Shown: positions 26,469 through 40,555 of the stretch, piece after piece
Layout of the letters: each line of letters starts with the position of its first letter
Numbering within the stretch: position 1 is the stretch's first letter
Assembly (NCBI RefSeq): GCF_009914755.1
Contig: NC_060927.1
Length of the DNA stretch: 64,000 nt
Direction: 5' to 3' (one strand)
Source: the human T2T-CHM13v2.0 reference genome, Homo sapiens
Translations under genes and position numbers: made by a program
The notes under the pieces: model-generated
Seen by the model: only the letters and a program-made list of their open reading frames with translations
What the model was told of the DNA's origin: nothing
Databases searched by the model: none

Positions 26469-27012
26469 TGCAGTGGCTCTAAAATTTGTCCATAAACTTT
26501 TTGATACTCCTCCCTTAAAAGAAGAAAATAGGGAGCCTAATTCTCTTCTCCTTGACTGTGGGGCTGGAGTTAGAGAATCACAGCTAACAGAATATGAGGT
26601 TCTGAGTGACTTCTGAGTTAGAATATAAAAGAAATCCTGGCTTCCGCCTTGCTCTCCCTTGGGTCACTGGTAGAGGCCAGCAGTCACATCATGAGGACAC
26701 TCATAAAGCCTTATGGAGAGGTTCATATGGTCAACAATTAAGACCTGCCTGCCAAGAACCAGCAAGGAACTGAGGTCTTCAGCAGTCATGTAAGTGAGTC
26801 ATCTTGAAAAGCAGATCCTCTAGCTCCAGTCAAGCCTTCAGATGACTGCAGCCCCAGCTAACATTTTGTTATAGCTTCATTAGGAACTCTGAGCCAGAAC
26901 CATCCAGCTAAGCTACTCCCAGATTCCTGACTCTCAAAAATCTGTGAGATAATATTTAAGTGGCTATTTTCAGGGTAATGTGTTACACACCAACAGACAA
27001 TGAATAGATACA
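26469..27012 (+). mobile_element. MaLR solo LTR (MLT1F-like)
   Basis: ccagtcaagccttcagatgactgcagccccagc...gagccagaaccatccagctaagc. Confidence 0.85.
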
Positions 27013-27038
27013 TATGCACTTTCCACACCCTCAAACAT

Positions 27039-27114
27039 TCCTGGCCTCAGGTGATCCACCCACCTCGGCCTCCCAAAGTGCTGGGATTACAAGCATGAGG
27101 AATTGTGCCTGGCC
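27039..27114 (-). mobile_element. Alu 5' fragment
   Basis: cctcaggtgatccacccacctcggcctcccaaagtgctgggattaca. Confidence 0.9.
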
Positions 27115-27135
27115 TTGTATGGTATTCCTTTAGAC

Positions 27136-27292
27136 CAGGGATCAACAATTTTTTTCTGTAAAGGGTCTGATAATAACTCTTTTAGGCCAAAAAACAAAAT
27201 CAAGAATATTAAGTAGACACATACATAACAACCATTTAAAACTGTGAAAACCATCCTGAGCTCCCAGACCCTAAAAATACAGAGGGTAGGGC
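27136..27292. mobile_element. MER58-like hAT MITE
   Basis: cagggatcaacaatttttttctgtaaaggg...catttaaaactgtgaaaaccatcctgagctc. Confidence 0.7.
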
Positions 27293-27489
27293 AACTAGAG
27301 TCTAGATGACAAGAGCTACAAGGAATGGCAAACCTTGCTTTTTCATGAGAGTAAGGTTTGCTATTCTCAAGTTAACAATACTCGGTATCCACTCAACCAC
27401 ACAGCCCTAAAGAATAAAGACATACAATCCTGTCAAACTGGAAAAATGCACATTTCTTTCAGTTAGGATATTAGGGAAAAGGGACTTAC

Positions 27490-27822
27490 TGTGATCCAAA
27501 TGTTTGTGTCCTCCCCGCCCCCACAACTCATATGTTGAAATCCTAATCCCCAAGGTGATGATACTAGGTAGTGGGGCCTTTGGAAGGTAGTTAAGTCAGA
27601 GCTCTCATGAATGGGATTAGTGCTCTTCTAGAGAGAGACCCCTCTCCCCTTACAGCATGTAAGAACAGCCAAAAAGTTGTGATGAACCACGTACTGAATC
27701 AATCTGCCAGCACCTTGATCTTGGACTTCGAAGCCTTCAGAACTGTGAGAAATAAATTCCTGTTGCTTATAAACTATCCAGTCCATGATATTTTGTTATA
27801 GCAGCCTGAACGGATTAAGACA
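27490..27822 (+). mobile_element. MaLR solo LTR (MLT1A-like)
   Basis: aatgtttgtgtcc...tcatatgttgaaatcctaatcccc...agaactgtgagaaataaa...taagaca. Confidence 0.88.
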
Positions 27823-29962
27823 GGGCTGGCGGTGGTAATGTTCCTAGCAAATATCTATCATTAAGCAAGTAAGGGGTCTGAGTAGCAAGGCTGACATATT
27901 GGTGACCCACATAAGCAAACAAGTATACAATTTACCTTTTTGACTACTGCCATTATCACATCCTTTGGTTACAGGCTTCATGTTAAAAAAAAAAAAGCGC
28001 ACAGCACTGTAAACTCAATTTATTCGAACCAATAGATGCTTGAGATGAAGTTAATCTGATTAAATTAGCCCTCATAACAATAAGGCGGTGAAGTGACCAA
28101 CGTCTAGCCCTCATGCATAGTAACTAGCTGTGCCATCCTTGCCCCGTCATTTGTTTTCTCTGGCATTCAGACTCTTCATGATGGGGCTATAATTTATTAT
28201 ATCTGAAACCTTTGAATGACAAGAAGAAATTTTGGTCTGGAAAATGCGCCACTGCTTAGGTTCTCATGTTAGGAAAATTTTTCTTTCCAAGAACCCAGTG
28301 AAATGTTTTCTGAAGTTAATGCCAGTACCCCTGTTTAATTTGTCTTAAAACAGTGTTTCGTCTCTGTCTCTAAAATTATAGACCCATTAATCTTCTCGGT
28401 AGAATTCTTTTTTCCCCAATAAAAGCTTCCCATTAAATGTCCTTTTCTCCAGTGAAAATATCACTGAAAGCCTTGAAATCAGTCTAGTGGGCCAATCTAT
28501 GATCCTGAATATCCCCATAGGAAAAATAACAGGATCAAGCTACATGTGCCACAAATGGATGCTGGGTGCTCGGTGTGAAATTATACAGTCTTGAACTCGC
28601 TTGGCTATACTTGGTGGCTGAGAGCATTATCCTATATTTGGCATCTGATAACAGGTAAGGATCCAGCTTGAATCTAACTACAATATGCATTGATAAATTG
28701 TTTAAAGTCTTCAAAATTTCCCACATATTTAGTCTAAAGCTGTGCATGTACTTTACATAGGGTCCATACTAAAGTAAAATTCTTTAAAAACTGAAAAATA
28801 TTAAGTACCTTAGGAAAACTCCATGTTTTAAGAAATCGTAATTTTTAAAATTTAGTTTTTAGTAAATTTAGCACTGTACCATGGCTAATCAACTCCCTTC
28901 CAATAAACGTATTCTATATATTACTTTAATGTAGGTTTAAGACAAGGATAGAAAACACCTGTATGTTTCAAAGTACAGAGTAGAAATGAAACAAATATTT
29001 TAAATGTGCTTACTAGTAGAAAATTGGGACTAGGAAAAAGAACAAATATACAACATACAACATGTTTGCTATGGTTGGATGAACTCCAGGTAGCTCTGAT
29101 GAAAAAGGACAGAAGAGGGGGATGAATTAAGGATGGGGGCGGGGCACAGGAGAAGCCAGCAAAGCAAATAAGTTTCTTAGGATAAGACAAGACAGGGTCC
29201 CTGCATGTTTGACACTCTCCCAGGTTTAACAGCCTCTGATTAGCTCCATTTGATCCTTCAGGAAAGACAGTCTTGGGGAAAAGGGATGATATTGCCTCTA
29301 ATCTTCCTTAAATGCAAATTTTTTTTGCCATTTTTGGGAAGAAGCTGGATAGAAAGCAGCAGAGGAAGCATTTTCTAAGGGGTCTAGATATTAGAAACCA
29401 GGTATAGAGATAGGTGCTGAAGTATGGCAAAAATTAAGGAACTTAAATCAGGTCAGACCATCCTACCCCATTGTGGGGTAAATAGTAGAGACAGCTGAAG
29501 GCAAAGCCATTAGGTATCTGGAGGGACTACCTCAGCACATGTACCAATACTAAACTGACTCCCCAAAGTTGTGCATCACAGGTCATTTAAGGTAACCTTT
29601 GCATGGAAAATTTTCCAACCAGGTGCCCACCAGGATCACAGAAGCCTTCAAGATACTGCCACGGATATTCTGGCTTTGACAATGCTTTCGGATGAGCTTA
29701 GCCACTAAATAGGCTTAGGCTTCCTGCAAGGCTAGTTATTAGCAAAGAACAGTGATAAATCCCCATGCATCTTACTCCCAGGACAATTAAAAACAGGAAT
29801 AATTATCGAAAAAATTAAAAAACACCAATCATGATTACCATTTTTCTTTGTATTAGGATCTGTTTTCTTTTAAGCTGTGGGGTAAGTCCATACAATAAAT
29901 AGTGGGCAACCATGTTCTGCTGCCCCTTCCCATTTAGAATTATTTAGTCAGATTTCTTCTAC

Positions 29963-30291
29963 CAGTAGTCCACCTTATCTGTAGAGGATATGTTCCAAGT
30001 CCCCCAGTGAATGCCTGAAACTTCAGACAGTACTGAACCCCCACATATTACGTTTTTACCTACACTTACATACTTATGATAAACTTTAATTTATAAATCA
30101 GACACAGTGAGACTAACAATATTAAAACAGAACAATTATAACAATATACTGTATTAAAAATTATGTGAACATGGTATATGTTGCTCTCTCTTCCTACCTC
30201 AAAATATCTTACTGTACTCACCTATTTTCTGATAGAAGTTGACAGTGGGTAACTAACTGGTAAATGAAATCACAGCTACTGGGGACTACTG
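29963..30291. mobile_element. MER44A-like Tigger MITE
   Basis: Terminal inverted repeats CAGTAGTCC ... GGACTACTG followed by TA. Confidence 0.85.
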
Positions 30292-31324
30292 TATTTTAAA
30301 GATGAAATGCAAATACTAAGTGATTTGCCAAAAGTTTAGTGTCTGCTAACTTCTGGGTACAGTAGTCTTTTTTTTTTTTTTATCTTGTAACACTGCCTTC
30401 CTTATAAAATTCATATAAATATCTTGGGATTAATGTTCATAAATACATGAAAATATGTTTCTAAAATATTAAAAATCTGCCCTAGGATTCATCTGCTATT
30501 AATGAACAATCAAAAGAACGAACAAGTAGTCTGCCTGCCAATTTAGAACTTTAAAAAGGTTTGGATTATCCTAATTTTTTTTTTAAAAAAAGATCAACCC
30601 AAAGAAATTCAAACTACTTAAATTTTGCTACAATAAGCATTAACTATCATTTGATAACAATTCCTCTAAAAAATAACCACCCTTTATAAACACTGGCTAT
30701 TTATTTCTCCTCCACAAGGTTTCCCACACTGACTTTACCATTCATCTTTAGTAATTTCCAAAAAGCCCAGAGATAACAAATACCCAAGCATAAATAAATG
30801 CTCTCCCTCCTAAACCCATAGGCAACACGGTAGAAAATGGGGCCCCAGATTCCTCAAAACTACACTCCAGGAAGCCAAGATAAAACCCATATCCTACTCA
30901 TGTCTCACACACAGTATTTCCAGTTCCTTCCTTACCGTTCCCACTTTAGCCTCTACCCTAAAGTTAAATTCATCTTTTACCAGTACTGCTTTAATCCCTC
31001 CTCTAAGACCCTCAATGTCTTTCAACTAAAACCTAAACCCCTCAATTTGATACCAATTTAATGTTTGCCTTTCCCAAGCAACATCCCTATACCCTAAACA
31101 AATAGGTCTGGTTACCTTACCTATTTTCCCACCATTTCTCACCCCCAAACCTGACAACCATTACCCTCTTCCCTATTTCTACCTCCAATTTACAGCTTTC
31201 CCTGACTATTCCTGTCCATTACAATTTCTCCAGCCCCAGAAGCTTTTACATTATTGCACTGCTCTCCTATTCTGTTCTACAGACACATACAACTAATTGA
31301 ATTTCTGTCTAGTTACCTTGCACT

Positions 31325-31770
31325 TTTCATTTATTCATTCATTCAACATCTGCTGTATCTCAGGCACTGAGGAGATGCTAGAAATAAAAGTGGATAAGAA
31401 TAGGCAGATCCAAAAAGCTTGGTCTAATAAGGGAGCCAAACAAGCAAATAATCACACACATGGATAGAAAATTGCAAATGAGGGAAGTGTTCCAAAGGAC
31501 AGGAACATCAAGGACTTTTTCAAAAATTGTGGCCACGTCTGGGCCAGGGGTGGGGTAAGGGGGTGGCCACGGATGGGTGGTCTCAGCCAGGAAAAACATG
31601 GAAAACGACCCTGTGGTAGGAAGAAAAATCATACGTTAGTTAACACTAAAAGAAGACTAGGGTGGCTAAGCTGAAGAGACTGGGCTGACAAGACCGGGCT
31701 GACAACACAAGGCAGGAACTGAAGGCAAGGAGCCAGATCAGCACTGTTACTTAGGGATCACGTATGTACT
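31325..31770 (-). mobile_element. L2 3' fragment
   Basis: ttcattcattcaaca...caggcactg. Confidence 0.65.
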
Positions 31771-31936
31771 CAGCTACTATGAACCCCTATACCATACTAT
31801 TGTACTATCTAACTGGAAACTTAAAATTCACTTGAAGATTAAACAAAATACACACACACTACTAAAAAATAAGCAGCTTGGGAGACAAAGCCACCAGATC
31901 ACATCACTGATTCTCAACCATGCTTGTCCTGGAGAT

Positions 31937-32275
31937 CAGTGGCTCAAAAATCTGACTGCACATTAGATCAGCTGGGGAGCCTTTAAAGAACAATGATGCT
32001 CTGGTCCAGCCTAAACTATGTCACAAATGGAGACTTGTCACCCTGACACAAGTGTCATATGGAGCCTTTGAATGAATTAATTAAAAGAAAATCAAAGTCT
32101 GCTTAGTAAATGCCTTCAGCCTCTAAAACTCCTAAGTTCAAACAGGTGAAATGCTGTTTACTTAACAGAGACACTGACTTAATGGGTAGGAGATGGGCCC
32201 ACCTAAACAAAGGTATTTTAAATAGATCCCCCGAGGAGATTCTAGAAATGTGAAATCCCAGTAGAGAACTACTTG
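31937..32275. mobile_element. MER5A split by a ~150 bp insertion (halves at 31937-32011 and 32166-32275)
   Basis: Left half ctgcacattagatcagctggggagcctttaaa; right half cagagacactgacttaatggg...ggtattttaaa...gattct...gagaactact. Confidence 0.7.
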
Positions 32276-34303
32276 CCTTAGGGACAACTCTCTTAACAAG
32301 CTTCTCAGAAAATAGCATTTTGTTTCTCACAGCCCTTCCTCAAAACACTAGACATTCCCCCACCTCATTCCTCCTAGATTTAACCCAACTCCTGCTGTCT
32401 CCTCCTACTCCCTGAGTAGCTAAATCTCAGGAACCACATCATTCTTTTCACACCCTTTCAAATGAGCAAGTTTGTATCAAAAATGCAGTAGGGAGTGCAG
32501 TATTGGGCTGGAATAATAAAGCTACCCTGAAAGTAAGCAATTTGGTCTTGAATACTCTAATCAAAACTCTATTCTGTAGGAGATGGTGTAAAATCCATAA
32601 AGTGCCAGAAAAAAAATGAGATGAGTGATTTCTGTCCAACAAAGAAGCTTCTCCCCACTCTCAAGAAAGGAAAAAAGGAAAGGGAAACTACTGAACCCAG
32701 GTTTACTTGTGTGTGTCCCAGGTAAAGTTTTTGAGAATCTGACAGACAAGGACAGACGCAGTGTCCCAAGAGGCTCGAAGAGAGGAGCTGCATTCAAAAC
32801 TACTAAAGTTACTGGCATATTACAGTTAAGAATTCAAATGCAAGTCACGTATAGGTCAACTCCTTAGCTATTAAAATTGCCTAAATACAAATAGAGACAC
32901 CTTGGATAAAAAGCCTGTGCTTTGTTATATAGGAAAATTGATAGCCAGTGTTAATTATCTGTACCAATAGGACTCTGCCCCCAATACTGGTTATATACAC
33001 AGGTTAGTGTATATAATAATTCAAAACTAAACTCACCTTATGAATAGTTTTAGATTTCACTGGTTACTTGAGCTTATCTGTGCATCTGTTTTTGCTATCA
33101 GGCTGTTGCACATCTTTGATAACAAACGTTTACATTAAAGCATAAGGAGACTTTAACCATTAAGCAGGCAGTTTTACGCATGAAAAAAATCAAGACTTGT
33201 TTACCAAAATTTATCTCAAAAGTAAAAAATGCAATGTAATGTTCACTTCACTATTTTAAAAACAGATCCATTCCGAGGGCCAATTACAATTGCCACAATG
33301 AGAAAAATTAGTTCTCTCAAAGAACTAAGGTGAATCTGGGCCAAATGTAAATTACACCATCCTGGCACTATTGTTTGAAGTCACTTTCCACCGAAACAGT
33401 CTCCCATCAATGCCAGAAGTGTCTTTCAACACCTATCCCACTTACTGTCCATAAACTTTCCACAGCTACACTTGTACAGTCTTCACTGACCACGGTATAC
33501 AGAGACAGATGTGAGAACAGGTTATTGGGCATCTTAACGCTTATACCACCTGTTAGCTAACAGTTGCACACCTGGCCTCTTGACTGAACTCTGTAACACG
33601 TGAATTTGTCAGCCTGACACAGATGCCATACGGAGCCTTAAATGAATGAGCAGAAAAACAATGCTTAGCAAATGCCTTCAGTCTCCAAAACTTCTAAGTT
33701 CAAATATACATGAAATGCTTCTTTAAATCTGCGAAGAACATTACATCCCACCTTTTGATGACATAATTTAAAACACATTTTATTCATATATTTATTTCCT
33801 TCCCAAACACAGTTACACTTTGAAAAAAAGGATGACTTACATATGTCTTCCAATAGAAATCTTTGTTTTAACAACAGTAAATTCTTAGAAATGTGTTCTG
33901 CTCCACCATCACCATTAAAGCAATGGTATGACTTTATATTAAAGTATTAACTTATAAATCAATCTCTGCGCTGAAATAATGCTAAATTGCTTTATCGTAC
34001 ATCAGGCATCTTTTTCAAATACATTCCTTTTCATGCAGTACATATAAGTTATTTCTATAAACTCAGCAATTTAATACTTCTAAACCATTTCCTCCACTTT
34101 ATTTCATCCAATTGATACAGCTTAAAATACTAAACTACCACTTCTTCCTAAAACTTTTTTTTAAAGTAATAACCCTGTTTATACTGGTTTGAGTTCAATT
34201 GCAAGTTAGAAGTTATTACAATTTCCCTTTTGGAGATTATGAGCTAAACCTATGAACACCAAAAAACATTCAGAGCATACAAAGCAAAAATATTTGATGC
34301 ATG

Positions 34304-34694
34304 TGCCTATAGTCTGGATGTGGTCTGTCTCCACCAAAACTCATGTTGAAATCTGATTTCCAATGTGCCGGTGTTAGAGGGTGGGGCCTAGTCAGAGGTG
34401 TTTAGGTCATGGGAGGGATACCTAATAAATAGACTATGCCATCTTGTGGGAGTGAGTTCTTGCTCTCACAGGATTGGATTCATTACTCGAAGAGTGGGTT
34501 GTTCCTTCTTGCACATGCTGGCTTCCTTCCATTTTCTGCCATGAACTGAAGGAGCGAGCACAAGACCCGCAACCAAAGGGGCTGCCCAATGTTGGACTCT
34601 CCAACCTCAGAATCATGAGCCAAATAAAATTCTTTTCTTTATAAATTATCCAGTCTCAGGTATTGTTACAGCAACACAAAATGTACTAAGATGC
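34304..34694 (+). mobile_element. MaLR solo LTR (MST-like)
   Basis: caccaaaactcatgttgaaat...gggagtgagttcttgctctc...ccagtctcaggtatt. Confidence 0.85.
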
Positions 34695-35363
34695 ACACTA
34701 GAGAGTACAGTCAGTGGATTCACAGTGGATGAACTGGCAAAGCAGTTATAGCAGTATGTTGCAATAAATCATGACTTTCTATAGAAGAAGCTGAACACTT
34801 CTTGATATCGTAAGAATCTACCTGATTTAAATCTCTGGGGCTGAGGGGAGGAAGCTGACAAGATGCTGTAAGGCATTTCAGAAATAAATGTAATTACGAA
34901 GAAGGTTTGCAGGTAGGAATTAAAAACTTAAGTGACTCGCTCTATCTGTTCTACAGAAGGTAAAGAAGTGTGAGAGAAAAAAGTGTTGTCCATTCAATAA
35001 ATGTAGCTTTGAAATGTAAAACAGATATAATGTGTACAGCCAAATATTTGAATAAAAGCTTTATTTTCATTACTTCTTTGGGTGGTTAATATGGTTAAAT
35101 TACTCACTGACGTGGGAAGTTAAATTACTACACACAGTTCTTAGTTTTACTTTCAAGAAAATTCAACTGTTACTTTCCTCTGCAAATTCAGAGCTTTCAC
35201 AATACACTGCCACTACTCATTCATCAGTTGATCTTTTAAAAATAGGTAATAAGCATTATCAATTGTGACCCTTCTTCACAGTATGACCAATGTTCAATGT
35301 AACAGAACAAACTTAAAAGTCTGACTAAATCCTTCAGTAAATAATTAAAACAAAAACAAGTAA

Positions 35364-35748
<385 letters not shown>

Positions 35749-38219
35749 ACTGCCATTATTAATACTGCAAAACTTTACTGTAAAATGCCTACCTTATACA
35801 GCAAACGTGTATCAACAACTCATTCAACATTCAACCAACATACATTAGGTGTTGACAAACCTAACAGTCCCTGCCCTCCAGGGATGGATAGAGATAGGAA
35901 TGGTGAGGCAATTCTGTAAAATATTGTTTTTAAATGTGATAGATAATGATTTTAAGTGCAGGTACTGCGGCACAAAAGAGGGAATACCAACCTTGTGCTG
36001 GCAGTTGACTAAGGGCTACACAAAGGAAGTGACTCTTCAAGTTCAGTGAACTAGGTGAACAAAGGGAACATCCCTAACAGAGAAGAAAACCTATGTAAGG
36101 TGAGAGACAAATAAAAAGTACAGGAATTCCAAATAATTTGAGCAGCCAAAGCACATTACTGCCTGTGAAAGAAAGGACTACAGGCGGTTCACTAACTATT
36201 TGGGTTACTGAAAAGCCAAAAGCATATGCCAGGTTATGTCTTAAAGTACTAAGAACAACTCTGCAGGCAGTTTTGTTTTACATTTGTAAATCTGAATGAG
36301 AAATAATATCACAGTGTACTCTCTAGGTCCATGGCCTTTCTCAGTCTGAACCACAGAACACCCAAAAAATGACATGAGTGATTATTTTCTCAATTCTTCC
36401 AACTATCTATTACAACTAGTACCATTTTGAATGCATAGGGGAAAAGGTAACTGTCTACAATGGAAGTCTTGGAGCAGGAGGGCTAATTCTCTCAGAGCTG
36501 GTTAAGAAAGGCTGATGGGTATAAGAACTCTTTGCAGTTACCCAAATACTGAACACACAGAACTCTATCTGAGGTTTGTGCTCTTATCTGAAAGCTAGTA
36601 AACAGTAAGGAACTTTCACTGTGGTTACAAAAGAAGTAAGGTACGCTATTTTCCACAATCTATAAAAATGTGCAAATAATTTAACTGTTAAGCCTTATCA
36701 AATAATTACTTATCTTTTACTCTAAGCTATTTAGAAATTTTAAAGTATATTATAAACCATACAGACATCTCAGAGTACAAACCTAAGGACATTTTACACA
36801 CATATAAGGAGAAAGAGAAATCAACTTTAGCCCAGAGAACAAATTGTAAACAAACAAATAGCAAAGATTAAGGATGAGTCAGCCAATTCATAAATCTGTT
36901 ACAAGAAGCCATCTCAATGTTTATCTATGGAAACCAATGTTTAAAAAAAGAAAAAAAAGGATCCCCCATATCCCATGAAGCCATTTCATCAGTGACAAGA
37001 ACTACAGATGCACCTTAGATGTGCTAACAGCCACGATCTGCAGGGAGGTGAACAGTAAAGTTGGTTTATTCTTATCAGACTCGAAAGATTCAGAAGGGTT
37101 CCAAACAATCCTCTTTCGCAGCTATACTAATGATGAGAATAAGAGACAAGAGATACTACCTTTATATTGCACCAAATGAGATTCCATTATTTGTTAGCAG
37201 GTTTAACTTTTTATACACATTTTATGCCCACATGAAGTAGAGCAGCCTAGAGCTGAGGTAGTAGCACAAGTCTCCCAGTCATATCAGCATTCCTTCCCCA
37301 AATGCCCTCCCTCCCCACTCCCAAAGACACTAATAAACAAAAGTGTCAAAGAATACTCTTCAAAAACAGAAAAGCAAAAAGCATAATTAGTGCTGAATCT
37401 TGTAAGGAAAACCTAATTAAACCACACAGTGAAAATGCAGCTAATGAGGGCAAAACTTGTTATGCTTGGGGAAGAATTAAAGAAGGAAATCAAGTCCAGT
37501 CACCTGTTATCCACATTTCTTCAACAGCCTGCAAAACATGCTTCCTGATTTGTAACTGAGGGAAAACATCCAAATCAGCTTGGGCAATCCATTCAGTTTA
37601 TTAGGCTATGCTTGATAAGAGGACAAAATCAGACTACCTACATAGCTACATGTAGCTCTTTGCTAACTAACTGTAGCCTAACCAAAAGACTGTGGTTAAC
37701 TCAGCAGTACCTATCATCACCAGAGAAGACTTGAAAACACTCAAAATCCATTTCAGGCAAGCTCCAAGATAATGTATGTTTAAAAGATTATAACATGCTT
37801 ATTAAAACACCGTCCTTATTTTCCATATTAGCACTTCTGTGCATCAACTATGCTGGAAAAACATTGTGTTAAGTTAATGTCTGCATGAAGCAGGTGCTTC
37901 ATATGTTACATCAATCTCCACATAACTGTGTAAAATACAAAATAAAAGAGATACCTTCCAAAAAGGCACAACTAATTCTCTGATGGGAATAATCTTGCAG
38001 CAGAGCTTATATGTTAATCCACCAGCACTCCAAGTCACTCACTTTCTCCCTCACAGAGTTTTCATTTAAGAAGCTTCGCAGTAAAGCACCAATGAAATCC
38101 CTATTAACTTCTTCCCCATCTTACCACCAGTTTAGGGAAGTCAATTTTACTTTTTAAGCAAGAAAAATTTTTATCTTTTGCAGGCAAAAAATACATATGA
38201 ATTGGAAAATGTATACTCC

Positions 38220-38697
38220 TACTATCTGAATGTTTGTGTCCCCTCCATAATTCATGTTGAAAATCCCAACGCAACAGCGTTTGAGGTGACAGCATTAAGC
38301 GGCAGGGCCTCTAAGACATGATTAGGCCATTCTGGCTGTGCCCTATGGATAGGATCAGTCCCTTCTAAAAGGGGGACCGGGAGCACTGTAATCCCAGCAC
38401 TTTGGAAAGGCCAAGGTGGGAGGATCACTTGGGTCCATGAATTCAAGAGCAGCCTGGGCAACACAGGGAGATGCTATCTCTATAAAAAATAAAATAAAAT
38501 AAAAAGAGGGGCTGGAGGGAACTAGCAAGGCCTTTCTGCCCTTCCACCTTCTGCCATGTGAGGACACAGCAACAAAGCTGGAAGTAGAGAGCAGCCCTCA
38601 CCAGACACAATATGCTGGCATCTCGATCTTGGACTTCCCAACCTCCAGAACTGTGAGAAATAAATTTCTACTATTTTTTGTAAATTAATTAGTCGGT
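38220..38697 (+). mobile_element. MaLR LTR (MST/MLT1A-like) interrupted by a FLAM Alu monomer (~38375-38505)
   Basis: LTR sequence resumes after the monomer's A tail; aaaagggg / aaaagaggg flanks. Confidence 0.85.
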
Positions 38698-38808
38698 GGC
38701 TTGATTACTTGTTCTTCAAGAAAACAACCTGAGCAGGCCTAGGCTGAGAGTATCTATTACTTTTCACTACAAAGTAATACAATGAAAACTTCTCACAGAT
38801 TTGTAATA

Positions 38809-39306
38809 CAGTAATCTCCTTTTATCTGAGACTTTGCTTTCTGAAGTTAACCGTGGTCCAAAAATATTAAATGGAAAATTCCAGAAATAAACAATTCTTA
38901 AGTTGTGAATTGCATGCTGCTCTGAACAGCGTGATAAAATCCCTCACTGTTCCACTCTGTCCCACAAGGGATATGAATCACCCCTTTGTTCAAGATATCC
39001 ATGTTGTAGACACCATCCTGCCTGTCAATACCCATTTCAGTTTGACTGTGGTAGTATCCGTCTTGTGTTTAAGTCACCCTTATTTGACTTACTCATGACC
39101 CAAAATGCAAGAGTAGTGAGGTTATTTTTGTTAATCTCTTAACTGTACTTAACGTATAATTAAACTTTTATCACAGGAATGTATGCATAGGAAAAAAACA
39201 CAGTTTATCTAGGGTTCAGTTCTATCCACAATTTCAGGCATCCACTGGGTGGTCTTAAAATTTATCTCCCACTAATGGGGCGGGGGGTCGGTGGGGAAGA
39301 CTAGTA
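38809..39306. mobile_element. MER44B-like Tigger element
   Basis: ccgtggtccaaaaatattaaatggaaaattccagaaataaacaattc...tttcaggcatccactggg. Confidence 0.85.
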
Positions 39307-39520
39307 TACATCCAGAAGGTTCAGAACAGAAATACAGATACAGTAAATGGTTTTTTCGTTTTGGGATAAGAAAGCTAAAAACCAAGAATCAAGGCAGTAT
39401 CCCAACATGGTTTTAGAAACCAACTAAAAAAGGCTCATGAAGTATATACCTCATTGTTTCAGTGCTAAAATTACCTTCTTGAAAAATACACTTCTGTATA
39501 AGTAAATTATAAACTGAACT

Positions 39521-39660
39521 CTTAGTCTATTCAGGGGGCTTAAAATGCCTGATACGGGGTAATTTATAAATAACAGAAATTTACTCCTCACATTTTGGAG
39601 CCTTGGAAGTCCCAAATCAAGGCACCAGCGTTATCTGGTATCTGGTAAAGCCCATTCCTC
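39521..39660 (-). mobile_element. MaLR LTR fragment
   Basis: gggtaatttataaataacagaaattta...aatcaaggcaccagc. Confidence 0.75.
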
Positions 39661-39664
39661 AACT

Positions 39665-40034
39665 GTTTACAACTCAATAAATAAGACAGACAACCCAATG
39701 TTTAAAATGGTAAAATATATGAATAGATGACACTTGACCAAAGAAGATCTACAAATAGCTAATGACAAGAAATGGTGCTAAATATCGTTAGTCATTTGAG
39801 AGATGCAAATTTTAAAAATCACAATGAGGTTTCACAATACACCAACTCAAAAGGCTATAATTAAAAAAATACCAAGTGTTGGTGAGAATACAGATAAACT
39901 GGAACCCTCATATGTTGGTGGTAATATAAAATTACCACTTTGGAAAACAGTGTGGCAGTTTCTTTAAAAGTTAAAACATCTCGTTACTATACAACTCAGC
40001 AATCTATTCCTACATATCCACTCCAAAAAAAAAA

Positions 40035-40078
<44 letters not shown>

Positions 40079-40555
40079 ACTGCTACAGAGGTACTTACAG
40101 CAGCTTTATTCACAACAGCAACAAACTGCAAGCACTCTTAATGTCCACCAACTAGCCAATATAGAGTTCATTAGTTACGTTTCCAGCTACATGTGGTTTA
40201 TCCATGCAATGGAATACTACATAGCAATAAAAAGGAATTAAGTACTGATGATGCAACAAACAAGGTAGACAAATCCTAACTCATTATATTAAGTGAAAGA
40301 AGCCAGACATAAACAAAAGACTACATATTGTATAATTCCACTGACATAAAATTTCTATGAAGACAAAAAGCAGATCAATGGTTGCCTAAGGAGAGTGGAC
40401 GGACTGCAAACAGGCATGAGGTAACTTTTTGGGAATGATGTAAATGTTCTAAAACTGAACTTCAGTAATGGTTGCACAACTATAAATTCACTGAAAGTCA
40501 CTGAACTGTTTGAAGGGCAACATGTATGGTATGTAAATTACATGGCAATAAAACT
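39665..40555 (+). mobile_element. Old L1 (L1ME-like) 3' end containing a (TG)n microsatellite at ~40040-40073
   Basis: accactttggaaaacagtgtggcagtttct...aagtgaaagaagccagaca...caataaa. Confidence 0.88.

Noticed and set aside
28631-28641. CArG-like CCTATATTTGG
   Set aside because: Seven A/T between CC and GG instead of six.
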